A DNA stretch of 64,000 nt from Eledone cirrhosa (Eukaryota), in NCBI GenBank assembly GCA_964016885.1, contig OZ024743.1:17422001-17486000 (forward strand), written 5' to 3'. Of this stretch, positions 53,354 to 64,000 are shown one piece after another. The position numbers and the translations under genes were made by a program. The first letter of the stretch is position 1, and every line of letters starts with the position of its first letter. The notes under the pieces were generated by a model, which was not told where the DNA came from, did not search any database, and was given only the letters and a program-made list of their open reading frames with translations.

Positions 53354-55327
53354 GATAGATAGATAGATATATTAGATATATATATAGATATATATATATA
53401 GACACATAAAGGGCAATTTATATCTGTTTGTGTGTTTATTTGTGAACATAAAACTCAAAACCTACCAAACAGATCTTGATGAAGCCTGACATGCGTGTGG
53501 CTCTCAAGCCTATTTGATATTTTACGTACATTTCCTTTTCATCAAAGGGTTCCCCGATGGCTCAAATCCCCGCTGAAAACCCCCGTCGAAATTATCAGCA
53601 AATTTCAATATTAAAACACCATAATGGGGATTAAACCCCCTATCTATATACCTAAATGGTAATTTCTGTCTGTTGGTGTGTGTGCGTGTGTTTGTGAACC
53701 TAAAACTCAAAACCTACCAAATCGATCTTGATGAAACGTGTTTGTGCCTCATACCCGTTTGATTTCTTACGTACTTTGAAGTTCAAAATAATCGATAATT
53801 TCCAGTCTGCCTTGATTTTTTTAAATTGAATAGGAAATTTGTATGCAAATGCTGATATGAATGTTATTTTAAGCCATAACTTTCAAAGGTCTCAACCAAT
53901 TTCCTTCAAATTGCTTTTTTGCTGACGAAAATTCTCCAGACCACTCAAGCAAAGCGGAAGCTGAGTTTTGATTAACTGATGAGCGAAATTTGGCTTCAGC
54001 TGTTGTGGGCTTAAAATGTCTCCATAAATCAACTTAATATTCTATGCTTGCTGTAACATGTATATTTGCTCTGAGAGGCATTGGGCATTTTAATGGGAAC
54101 TAGGAATATACCCGATTCCGAATATTACCGGGTACCTCAGCTGATATTTCTTTAGACTTGCATTTAAATTCGTGATGTATATACTTGTATGTTATACCAC
54201 CCGGTGAGATATGATGTTGTGCTTCCACCACTCCGCTAACTAATGGTCTTATTCCGAGATTTATATTTTCCTCTATGAAAATATATATAATTCACCGACT
54301 ATACACATCTTACATTTTTGCCTAACAACTGAATATAAAGATTAGAATATCAACTACAATAACTGTAATAGAAACAGAAGACAACATTGCTATGTACTTT
54401 CACCTAATGCTAAATGTGACTTTATTCACATTTTATCGTATATGAATCTATTATGACTTTAGAGGTATTAAGGTATTCAGAAATAGGCTATGTGTATATA
54501 ACCGCCCTTCAATACTTTCAGTGAATTGTAAATTTCCAATATATATGTACCTCATAAAATGAATTTAAATTCCATACGAATCCCATTGGATCGGTAATCA
54601 CAGCAATTATATATAATAATAACTTTTCATAATTCTTGAACACGTGAAGTTATGTCATGGATTTGGGACGTCCAATAGTTGTCTTAAAGATCCACATCAT
54701 TTTCAATTACCTAGGCAGTATTACTAGATCATGAGTCCAGATGCATTAAGGATAGTCAGTATTGGGAGAATGAATTCAATGAAAACAGCGGATGAGATGG
54801 CGAGAGATGCTAGAGATGACCAAGAAAGTAAGGGCTAGGAAGGGCTCGGAAGAGATCCAAGAGAAATACGACGGATGTGATGAGACTTTATTACATAGAC
54901 AGAGGCAGAGAAACAGAAGAGGAGATGAAATGAGTTGAATTGTAGGATGGTCCAAATATACAAGAAACATACTGTATTTAAGATTTATGCAGTATTGATA
55001 GGATCAATAAAAAAATAGAAAATAACGGGAATATGGTACACGGAGTGCAAGGAAAAAAATTAAATAACACTTGTTACTTAGAAGTGCATATGTATTTGAA
55101 ATGATGTTCAGTTACTATATTTTGATTTTGAACATAGACAACGAAGATCTATGTATAGTAAACACATATTCGTCATTGTCGTTACACATTTACAGTTAAG
55201 GTAATAGAATGTCATATACACACATCTATCACATACACAAACACACACACACAAACACACACACACATACACACACACATACATACATACACACACACAC
55301 ACATTCATACGCGTACACGTAGTTGTG

Positions 55328-55371
<44 letters not shown>

Positions 55372-55373
<2 letters not shown>

Positions 55374-56812
55374 AGAAAGTATGACTCCGACGGCAGAGCT
55401 CAAGCCGTTCCCCCAACAATTTATTTTGGAAGGACTCAAACTAGTACTGGAGAAAAACCACTTCCTTTTTGATAACGAACTATATTTACAGATAAAAGGA
55501 AGAGCCATAGGCACCAAAGTGGCCCCAACATATGCAACACTCGTTAAAGGCCACCTGGCGACATTACATTCCATACTGCAGGAATCATTCAATCATGACT
55601 TCGCCACCTACATTAATCACAACTGGAAACGCTAGCTAGACGACTGCTTCATCTTCTGGAATAGAAGCCAAGAAGACCTTCACAGATTCCATTCCATCAT
55701 AAACAATCTTCACGAAGAAATAAAATTCACCATGGAATGTAATTAAAAGGAACAACCGTTTCCGGATATCTATATAATTAAGGAAGGGGAAAATATCAAA
55801 ACGGACTTATTTTACAAACCAACAGACACACACCAATACTTGAATTTCCGTTCAGCACACCCATCACATACCAAAAGGAATATTCCTTTTAACATAGCAA
55901 GACGCATCTGCACTATAGTGACACATCCAACACTACAGGAAAAAAGATTATATGAATTAAAAAGTTCCTTAAGAGACAAGAATATCCGGTGAACCTCATC
56001 AACACAGCCATTTCCAACACTGAGAAAAACAAAGCAACAAAATAGAATGGAAAAAACAGTTATACCTTTCGTCATCACTCACAATCCAAGGAACTTCAAC
56101 ATTGTAAAAGCCGCCAAACAATACCTTCCGATTCTCCAGCAGTCCCCCAAAATGAATGCACTCATAAAATACGCACACATTATATATAGTAGACGCCAAG
56201 CACCCAACCTAAAGAAACTGCTTACCAAGGCAAAATTTCCGACGAATAATTGTTTCTACTTTGGGCACAAGGCCAGCAAATTAAACAGTGCATTACTGGT
56301 ACTTTATTTTATCGATTCCGTAAGGATGAAAGGCAAAGTTTACCTCGGCAGGATTTGAACTCAGAATAGCAAGAGCCGTAACTTTATGCGTCAAAGCATG
56401 GCGTCTGACCCTCTACCGATACTGCCACGTCTAATAATGAAGCAATCCAAGTTAAAAAATGAGGGGACTCTCGATGCGGAACTTGCGAACTCATTGAAGA
56501 GGGTGGACAAATCTCCTTTAAAAGCAACCAGTCTTTCACAGTTAATGCAAACATGTATTGCAAAACAAAAAAACTTGATTTACTGTGCAACCTGCCCACA
56601 ATGTAAAGAATACTACAATGGTGAAACCGGAACGGGTCTCCATGACAGAATTCGAGTACATAAACAACAAATTAGAGACCCCTCTGCCAGAAATACCACA
56701 TGAAGTGAACACTTCGCAACATGCGGACAGGGAAATTTCACAATGTTCCCCTTCTTTAAGATATGGTCGGACAACGAACACTTCCGAAAATATAAAGAAG
56801 AATTCTAAATAC
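55372..56812 (+). pseudogene. 5'-truncated PLE (Neptune-like) RT-GIY-YIG, decayed, interrupted by a SINE
   Basis: LEKNHFLF..ELYLQIKGRAIGTKVAPTYA, WKR*LDD, YKPTDTHQYL, HP, IPFNIARRI, NLIYCATCPQC...YNGETG; starts at (TA)n. Confidence 0.88.
56250..56431 (-). mobile_element. SINE inserted in the PLE ORF
   Basis: SINE core; aataat on both flanks (possible TSD). Confidence 0.88.
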
Positions 56813-57792
56813 AAAGAGAGGAAGAGGGGAAACAAGTCCGTGATATCTGTGAACTTATGTTCGATCAAATTACGGACGAAAGACATAGACGCGTCCGAGC
56901 CATGTGAGATGTAAGCGAGAAAAGGAATTCGCACAGCTCAGACGGGAGGAAGTGAGTGATGGGGAGTAAAAGGGAGTGAGTGAGTGAAAGTGTGAGTCTA
57001 TGTCTCTCGTCCGTAATTTGATCGAACTTACGTTCACAGATATCACGGCCTAGTTACTCCTCTTCCTCTCTTTCCGTTGCATTACCATCTCTGTTTGTTT
57101 ACATGTCTCGCTCGCTTCACCCCATTCTACGTGTCCCAATAACTTTTTTTAGTTATTGCTCGCACCAGCCTGAGGTATATAGTCTTTAATGCGAAGAAAT
57201 ACCAACGACGGCTGGAAGATCACTGATGACGAATGGCTTATCTTCTTTTCGAATTTTATTCATATCTATCCCATTTGCAACAACGCAGCACGTCATTTTT
57301 CATTTATAATTTTCCCTCCGCTGTGACCCGTCTGTTTTTTTCTTACTGCTATTCCCTTTCTCTGTATCTCTCCCCTTCATTTCACCCCTCTGCCAGTCAC
57401 TCTCTATCAGTGGCCTCTTCCTCACACTTTCACTCACTCACTCTCTGCTACCCCCCTCTCTCACTTCCTCCCGCCTGAGCTGTGTGAATTTCTTTTCTCG
57501 CTTACATCTCACATGGTTCGGACGCATCTATGTCTTTCGTCCGTAATTTGATCGAACTTACGTTCACAGATATCACGGCCTTGTTACTCCTCTTCCTCTC
57601 TTTCCGTTGCATTACCATCTCTGTTTGTTTACATGTCTCGCTCGCTTCACCATATTCTACGTGTCCCAATAACTTTGATTTAGTATTTGCTCGCACCAGC
57701 CTGAGGTATATGATCTTTAATGCGAAGAAATACCAACGACGGCTGGAAGATCACTGATGACGGACGCCTTATCTTCTGTTCGAATTTTATTC
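56811..57792 (+). mobile_element. Non-coding element: inverted 5' segment (56811-56996) plus ~530 nt tandem unit, ending in (TA)n; atypical CTGATGA...GAAT motif
   Basis: 56997-57264 repeats at 57527-57794; same architecture and unit size as families A and B. Confidence 0.75.
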
Positions 57793-57844
57793 ATATATAT
57801 ATATATATATATATATATAGCCATACTCGATAACAAGGGGGCAA

Positions 57845-57927
<83 letters not shown>

Positions 57928-58220
57928 TATAATGTGTGTTTCAAGCCGGTGCTTATCCCAGTTTTGTGGAGGGAGTAAAGCGAATGAGAGAACGAGATTC
58001 TCAACTTGACAGGAAGGATATCGCAAGTTTAAACTTCCAGCTATTATACTGATATGTTTTACGCAAATACACAACACAGAGCCCATAGAAACTATCGGAC
58101 CCTATGATCGTAAGTTCTACACCTAACTGCTTATCAAGGCACTCCTTTTCCCCCTCTAGTTTTAGCCGTTCTTACCTCTTATCACACTTTACTTTCAATT
58201 ATCTTCTATTTTTACATCTA

Positions 58221-58256
58221 TCTTTTGATGGAGGACTAGTGTCAGAAATGTTAAGA
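58221..58256 (+). ncRNA. Decayed minimal hammerhead
   Basis: TCTT-TTGATGG-AG-GAC(tagt)GTC-A-GAAA-TG-TT-AAGA; helices I and II pair, core mutated. Confidence 0.45.
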
Positions 58257-58431
58257 CCTCCTTCCTGCTATATCAATCGTTAAACAAATATAGTTCATCC
58301 ATGCACTCTGCCGTTTGTTTCGTTATTTCAGTTTACCTTTTACACAGACACACACATGCAGGGACACACACCGACACACGCATTTTACCTCTTACACACA
58401 CAAACGCCCCCCCCCCCCATACACACACACA

Positions 58432-58507
<76 letters not shown>

Positions 58508-59028
58508 TATATTGGTAAACGGAAAAAAATGCTGGTAAATTGTTCACAGTGAAAAATAGTTTAATAAGGCATAACTGAGAATTAGTAATAGTATTGGTTA
58601 ATATTCAGTTTTGGTTTGAAGTTTTACCGGTTGCGCATTTCTAATGCTTTTCAAAAATAATTTTGAGATAGACGTTCATGATGTTTGCTCTAATCTGATT
58701 AGTTTTGGAAATTCTACCTATTTTTATGTTAAAAAAGTGGCTCCAGCGGTATTAAAATAAGTTTTGCGCCAATTCGTGTTGCAAAAATTATTGTGGTCAA
58801 AACAATTTTGATTGGTCGGTTGAGGTCATGTGAATGTTAAAAATTGATTTTGCGCCAAATGTAGGTTTGAGTCGGCTGATTGAGAAGTCACTGAAAAATA
58901 AGTCTTTCAAAACAAATATGTGTGTGTGCGTGTAGTAGTAGTAAAGAGGTTCGTTGTTGTGATAATGGCCAGCAGGGATGTGTGTGCGAACCGCAGCCTG
59001 TTGCAAGTTCAAATGCCTATTAAGACAA

Positions 59029-59066
<38 letters not shown>

Positions 59067-59209
59067 CAGAGTAATTCGTGGCAGAGGAATGGTCAGTAGG
59101 AACGTGTCTGTAAGTGTGTGGGGGATATTTTAACATGTTAAAAGATATTTTTTCAACTCTTGTCTTATACGGAGAAGTGTGTGTGTGTGTGGGGTGGGGG
59201 GGGTATATA

Positions 59210-60300
59210 TGTCTCACATAGAAAGGAACTGGAAGCGATATCTAGATGACTGCTTCATCCTTTGGCACGGAAATATCGAGAAACTTAAAGAATTTCACAC
59301 CCTTATAAATGGGCTCAACACGAATATTAACTTCACGATGGAATACAGACATCAACAACTCCCCTCCATCGACATCCTCATTACGATCAATAACAAAAAA
59401 TAGAAACAGACATATACTACAAGCCCGCAGACTCCAAGCAATATCTTGCTTTAAACCCTTGCCACCCTAGACACGTTAAAATGAATATTCCCTTCAACTT
59501 AGCCAAGAGAATCTGTACTATAGTCTCCAATAAAAACACCTGCTACTTACGGCTACAAGAACTAAAGGACACACTCATAGGCAGGGACTACCCTGCATCA
59601 CTAATTGACAATGGAATCCAACGTGCCCTAAAACGCAGTATTCAGGAGCTTAGACACCCTAAAGTAAATCAACCGAAACTAAAAGCTCTTCCATACATCT
59701 CCACACACAACCCACTCACAAATAAAGCCTTTGACACCATCCTCCAGAACATCCCTGTGTTGAAAAAGTACCATTGAATGAAGCAAATCCTACGAACACA
59801 CGATATCATAAAGAGCAAAAGACAATCTAAGTCACTGAAAAACATCCTAACTCATGCCAAAGTACTACCAACCACAACAATGAAACCCACAGTAAAAAAA
59901 ATGCTATAGACCCAACTGTGGCATAAGCATCGACCTAATAGAGGGTTCGGAATTCTATTTCAAAGAAGGACAACGTTTTATAGTAAAACACAATTTCACA
60001 TGCGCATCAGAAAATCTAATATATGTATTAACTTGCTCAGGTTGTCGAGAACAATACATAGCCCACACCAAAAACAGCCTCCGCCAACGCATGACTGTCC
60101 ATAGATCCCAAATTAAAATACGGGAATACAGGAAAATACCACTGTCTGAACACATTGGTACCTGTGGTGCCCAAAATCATCCCAACTTCAGAATCTTTCC
60201 CCTCTACAAATTTAAAGATAATGCCACCCACACCCAGCGCATCAGGAAGGAATCTTACTTTATTAAAAAATACGGACCCCATCTAAACACTTCTCCCTAA
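59210..60300 (+). pseudogene. 5'-truncated PLE (Neptune-like) RT C-terminus plus GIY-YIG, decayed
   Basis: WKRYLDDCF, INFTME, YYKPADSKQYL, CHP, IPFNLAKRI, NLIYVLTCSGC..QYI, RMTVHRSQI, RKESYFIKKY.P.LN. Confidence 0.88.
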
Positions 60301-60509
60301 GACGAACCCACAATATACACACGTCAACATACATACCTACATCAGCATACATCTCTACCCACATATAAACACAATGACATACGAAAACACACATGTTCTA
60401 TGGGGCAACACAAATATACACAAATGTACATACCTTTTGATGTCTATAGATATAAACGTGCCGACACACACACATACATAAACGTACACATGCATTGCCC
60501 ACTGATGGG

Positions 60510-60790
60510 CACATACATATTTGTACACAAGTATTCCAAAACGGCAAGGGCTAATGGATTCCCCTTGCAGTACGTACAATCTGGACACACTCCAGATACA
60601 TATTTGTACACAAGTATACAATTTCTGGACACACTCCAGATACATATATACAATTTGTACACAAGTATGCAATTTGTACACAAGTATACAATTTCTGGAC
60701 ACACTCCAGATACATATTTATACACAGGTACTCCAATACGGCAAGGCCTAATGGATTCCCCTGCAGTACGTACAATCTGGACACACGCAC
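60510..60790. repeat. Irregular minisatellite (tgtacacaagta / tctggacacactccagatacata units)
   Basis: Seen directly; produces the spurious 254 aa ORF. Confidence 0.8.
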
Positions 60791-60968
60791 ACACACCTTG
60801 GTATTATGCCAATACTATATATCATTTCACACCTTTTATTATTAAGGTTTTTGATGTTCTATTGAGAGAATCGATTTTACTGAAAATATCGAATAATGTA
60901 CACCATTTCACCAGTATCACAAAAATAATTACTGGTCCACCACACACACACACACACACACACACATT

Positions 60969-61004
<36 letters not shown>

Positions 61005-61159
61005 TATGCGCACACACGTGTATGCGCACACACGCACATATATACACACACATACACACGCGTACATTAACATACAAAGAGACATATATACACACACACC
61101 CACGCCCCCCCCCCACACACACACACTTCTCCGTATAAGACAAGAGCTGAAAAATATAT

Positions 61160-61590
61160 TTTAACATGTTAAAATCCAAATAAGTTTCGAAAAATGAAAA
61201 AGTGAAAGAATACCGCATTTCTATCTCCTCAGCAAGCACCAGAAAAATTGGTATGTTTCACTTCAAAATATTTAAAAAGACTTCTTTCTTTGAGCTATTT
61301 CTTTGTAAAGGACTACCTGAGTTTTGAATTCATTATTAATAGTATCACTGCTCCTTACGTAGAGCTAAATTTAACCCCATATAAACGGCTGTTATTTCTA
61401 GCAGCACGAGTATGCGGTAGCTAGACACTGGATAACCATGTGTGAAAAACCATGTGCGTTAAACAGTCTTTTTAAATATTTTGAAGTGAAACATACCAAT
61501 TTTTCTGGTTCTTGCTGAGGAGATAGAAATGCGGTTTTCTTTCACTTTTTCATTTTTCGAAACTTATTTGGATTTTAATGTTTAAACCAG
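61160..61590. repeat. ~115 bp inverted repeat containing a decayed hammerhead-like motif (CTGAGGA at 61515, GAAA at 61559)
   Basis: 61168-61282 vs 61466-61578 reverse complement; helix II GATAGAAATG/CATTTTTC; helix III poor. Confidence 0.55.
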
Positions 61591-61910
61591 TCTACGGAAC
61601 AGGTTTGATTTTGAAATTTAAATTTGTCCAAGCACCACAGCCATTTGCCAATATGCTTTGTTTTTATTGATTTATTATTTTAAATCGAGACAGGCAAACT
61701 GTATTATTATAATTAGTATTTTTCAATCTAGCTAAATTAGTCGTTTACAATACAAACATGGATATGTTGGTATTTGTGTTTATCAAATATATTAATTTAT
61801 ATTAACTTGTATTACACGGCTCAGAAATACCTATTTCATTGAGCTATTTCTCTGTAAAGGACTACCTGAGTTTTGAACTCATTATTAATAGTATATATAT
61901 ATATATATAT

Positions 61911-62094
61911 AACGAAGGAAATGTGGTAAGGAACCAGGTGGACCATAACGCACCAAAGTACTCAATACTTGAGGTAGTAGAGTGGGTAATAGGAACCAGT
62001 AAGACCCCGACAGCTGAGCTGTCCAGAATTAGCCGACTAGTCCAGAATTAGCCGTCGAAACGGCTTGAGCTCAGCTGTCGGGGTCTTACTGGTT

Positions 62095-62097
<3 letters not shown>
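61911..62097. mobile_element. Mini fold-back of family F within (TA)n, carrying the 3' half of a hammerhead
   Basis: GAAA-CGGCT(tgagctc)AGCTG-TC-GGGGTC; 61990-62020 is inverted at 62068-62097. Confidence 0.7.
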
Positions 62098-62130
<33 letters not shown>

Positions 62131-62135
<5 letters not shown>

Positions 62136-64000
62136 AAATAAATAAGTCAAATGTTTAAAATTTGGCTTCGATTATAACTGCTATATATATTTCGGTGACA
62201 GCCATCTTTGGCTGTGTCCTCTTCAGGCAGTCGGAATTAGTGTGGTAGAGACGAGTACACATGTTGTTTAGGTGTATAACTTTGTCAATACTCTGATATG
62301 CCCAGTTCCTGTTTGGGTTGTTATTTCACTGAGGAACTCGAATCATATGAATTTAAACAAACGAATTTCAGCGTCAAAGGGCCTCTTCTCCTCTCATTGG
62401 TCAGTTGTTAGAACATTCCTCGGTCAAAAGTCTATAGAAATTCGTTCTGAGGTAAGCCAGTCTGTAGTTGTTGTTCTTGTTATTGTTAGGTACATTCTCA
62501 TGTTGGTAGTGATGTTGTTGTTGGAGTCAGATTTGAAAAATGGTGATAAAGTGGTAGAAGGAATAAGATGGTAAAGGAACAAAATAAAATAAAATAACCG
62601 AATATAATGTGTGTGTGTTATACCCATCTCAATGCTATACAGATTTGTAAGGTCAAATTTCCCATTGGTCAGTTTTGAGAGCATTCCTCAGTCCAAAGTC
62701 TATATAAAATCTTTCTGGGGTGCGGCTCCCTATAGTGTTTGTGTTTGCTATTGTTAAGTACATCAGACCTCTACCCTTATTGTGTTAGTGTTGTTAGTGT
62801 TGTGATCAGCTTATGTCTTGCAGCTGCTGACAATTTAGAAGTATCTGTGTGTGTGTTTCTTCATCCTTCCTGCCACCATCTCCCGTGGTGGTGGTGGTAG
62901 TGGTGGTGCTTTTGTTCTGCCATGTATATGAAGAAATAGAAGGCAATAAAATGAAGAAAACAGAAAATAAATAATAAATAGAAAATAAATGAAAAAATTA
63001 ATGAAAAAGTAATGAAGATTACTGAAAAATGAATATGGAAAATGAAAAATTAAGATGAAAAGTGAAAGTAAAAATGAAGATTCAAATAAAATAAGATGAA
63101 ATGTGTGTGTGCTATAACCGATCTCAAGGTCAGAAATATGTTGCATAGATTGGTAGGAGGAACAAGATGGTAAAATAATAAAACCGAAAAGGATAATCGA
63201 ATAAAATGTGTGCGTGTGTTATAACCAATCTCAAGTTAAATATAAATATAAGGTGATACAGTGATGAAAACAGAAAGCAAATAACAAATGAATAATGAGA
63301 AATCAAAAATCAAAAATCAAAAATCAAAAATCAAGTAAATTAAAATGTGTGTGTGTTATAAAGGTGTTGGCCAAATTATAAAGGCTGTGTCAGAATCAAT
63401 CTCTAGGCTATCATGGTGTCTGCTCAGCCTGGGTTGGTCCCTATGGCTTGAGAGCAGTTCCCAACCTATGGTGTTGTTACTGCCCATATAGCTTGAGGGA
63501 GGTCTGGCCGACAGGTGTCTACACGTTCTGGAGAAGTCCCTATAGCTTGAGGGGTGTTCAGATCTTATCGTGTTGCTATTGTCCATTCTGTGGTTTATCA
63601 GGCCGCTTCCACCTCTTAGTATCTCGAGGGTCTCATTCAGACATAGTTTGCATATGCAAGATCCCCCTTTATCGGGTGGTACTTTCCTGATTATGGACCT
63701 GGCCAGAGAGTACGGGGTCCTGTCCAGCTTAAGCTTCCAGATGAGGTCAGAGAGAGTCGTACTTTTCCTTTTGGCCTCTTTATTGAAGGAATGGCGATGG
63801 TTCTACCAGCAGTCTTTAAAGCTCGTTGATGTGGCTCCTATGTAGAGGTATTTAAAGTTGGGGGTTTTAACCCTACAAACGTATACTAGGTTCTTCTTAA
63901 GGTATTCATTACCAAGGGCATGATTCGGGGTTTCTGCAGTTGTAGAGGGCGGTCGACCTCTGGGAGGTCGACGTCTGTATGCCTAGATTGGAGTTTCCGT
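62131..64000 (-). mobile_element. PLE 3' portion (GIY-YIG remnant ~63570-63940, long 3' region, hammerhead) ending in (TA)n; continues beyond the window
   Basis: Minus-strand NLVYVCRV...YIGATSTSFKDCW*NHRHSF...LSDLIWKLK...CKLCLNE. Confidence 0.8.
62177..62231 (-). ncRNA. Canonical-core type I hammerhead ribozyme
   Basis: ACTGC-CTGAAGA-GG..ACAGCCA(aaga)TGGCTGT..CC-GAAA-TATATA-TA-GCAGT; perfect helix I; palindromic helix III; AUA triplet. Confidence 0.85.

Noticed and set aside
60400-61164. 254 aa ORF with repeated peptides
   Set aside because: Arises from a minisatellite and (CA)n; no domain signature
62329-62360. CTGAGGA..GAATCATATGAA, echoing gaatcatatgaat at ~9960 (-)
   Set aside because: No room for helix II and weak helix I; may be chance

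Overview
AT-rich, microsatellite-saturated eukaryotic non-coding DNA. The (TA)n/(CA)n load and the resident tRNA-derived SINE suggest a cephalopod (octopus-like) genome; this is inference only. I can identify no host protein-coding gene, and most listed ORFs are microsatellite artefacts ([12 protein letters not shown]). The window is dominated by decayed Penelope-like retroelements (PLEs; RT plus GIY-YIG), several of them large fold-back insertions. It also holds one decayed Tc1/mariner (maT-like) transposon, one degraded R4/Dong-like LINE and about six SINE copies. The main signal is about 25 type I hammerhead ribozyme (HHR) motifs, intact, partial or decayed, of at least ten sequence types, nearly all in insertions that end in (TA)n. 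Two families are non-coding 0.48-0.53 kb tandem units with an HHR at each junction (retrozyme-like). Their HHRs have greatly enlarged, covarying helix II domains and palindromic or near-palindromic helix III. They share one architecture: (TA)n, inverted copy, direct or tandem copy, (TA)n, with ends falling on internal TA-like tracts. This suggests non-autonomous, possibly circular-RNA parasites of (TA)n-targeting PLEs. All ribozyme folds were derived by eye and none is experimentally verified.
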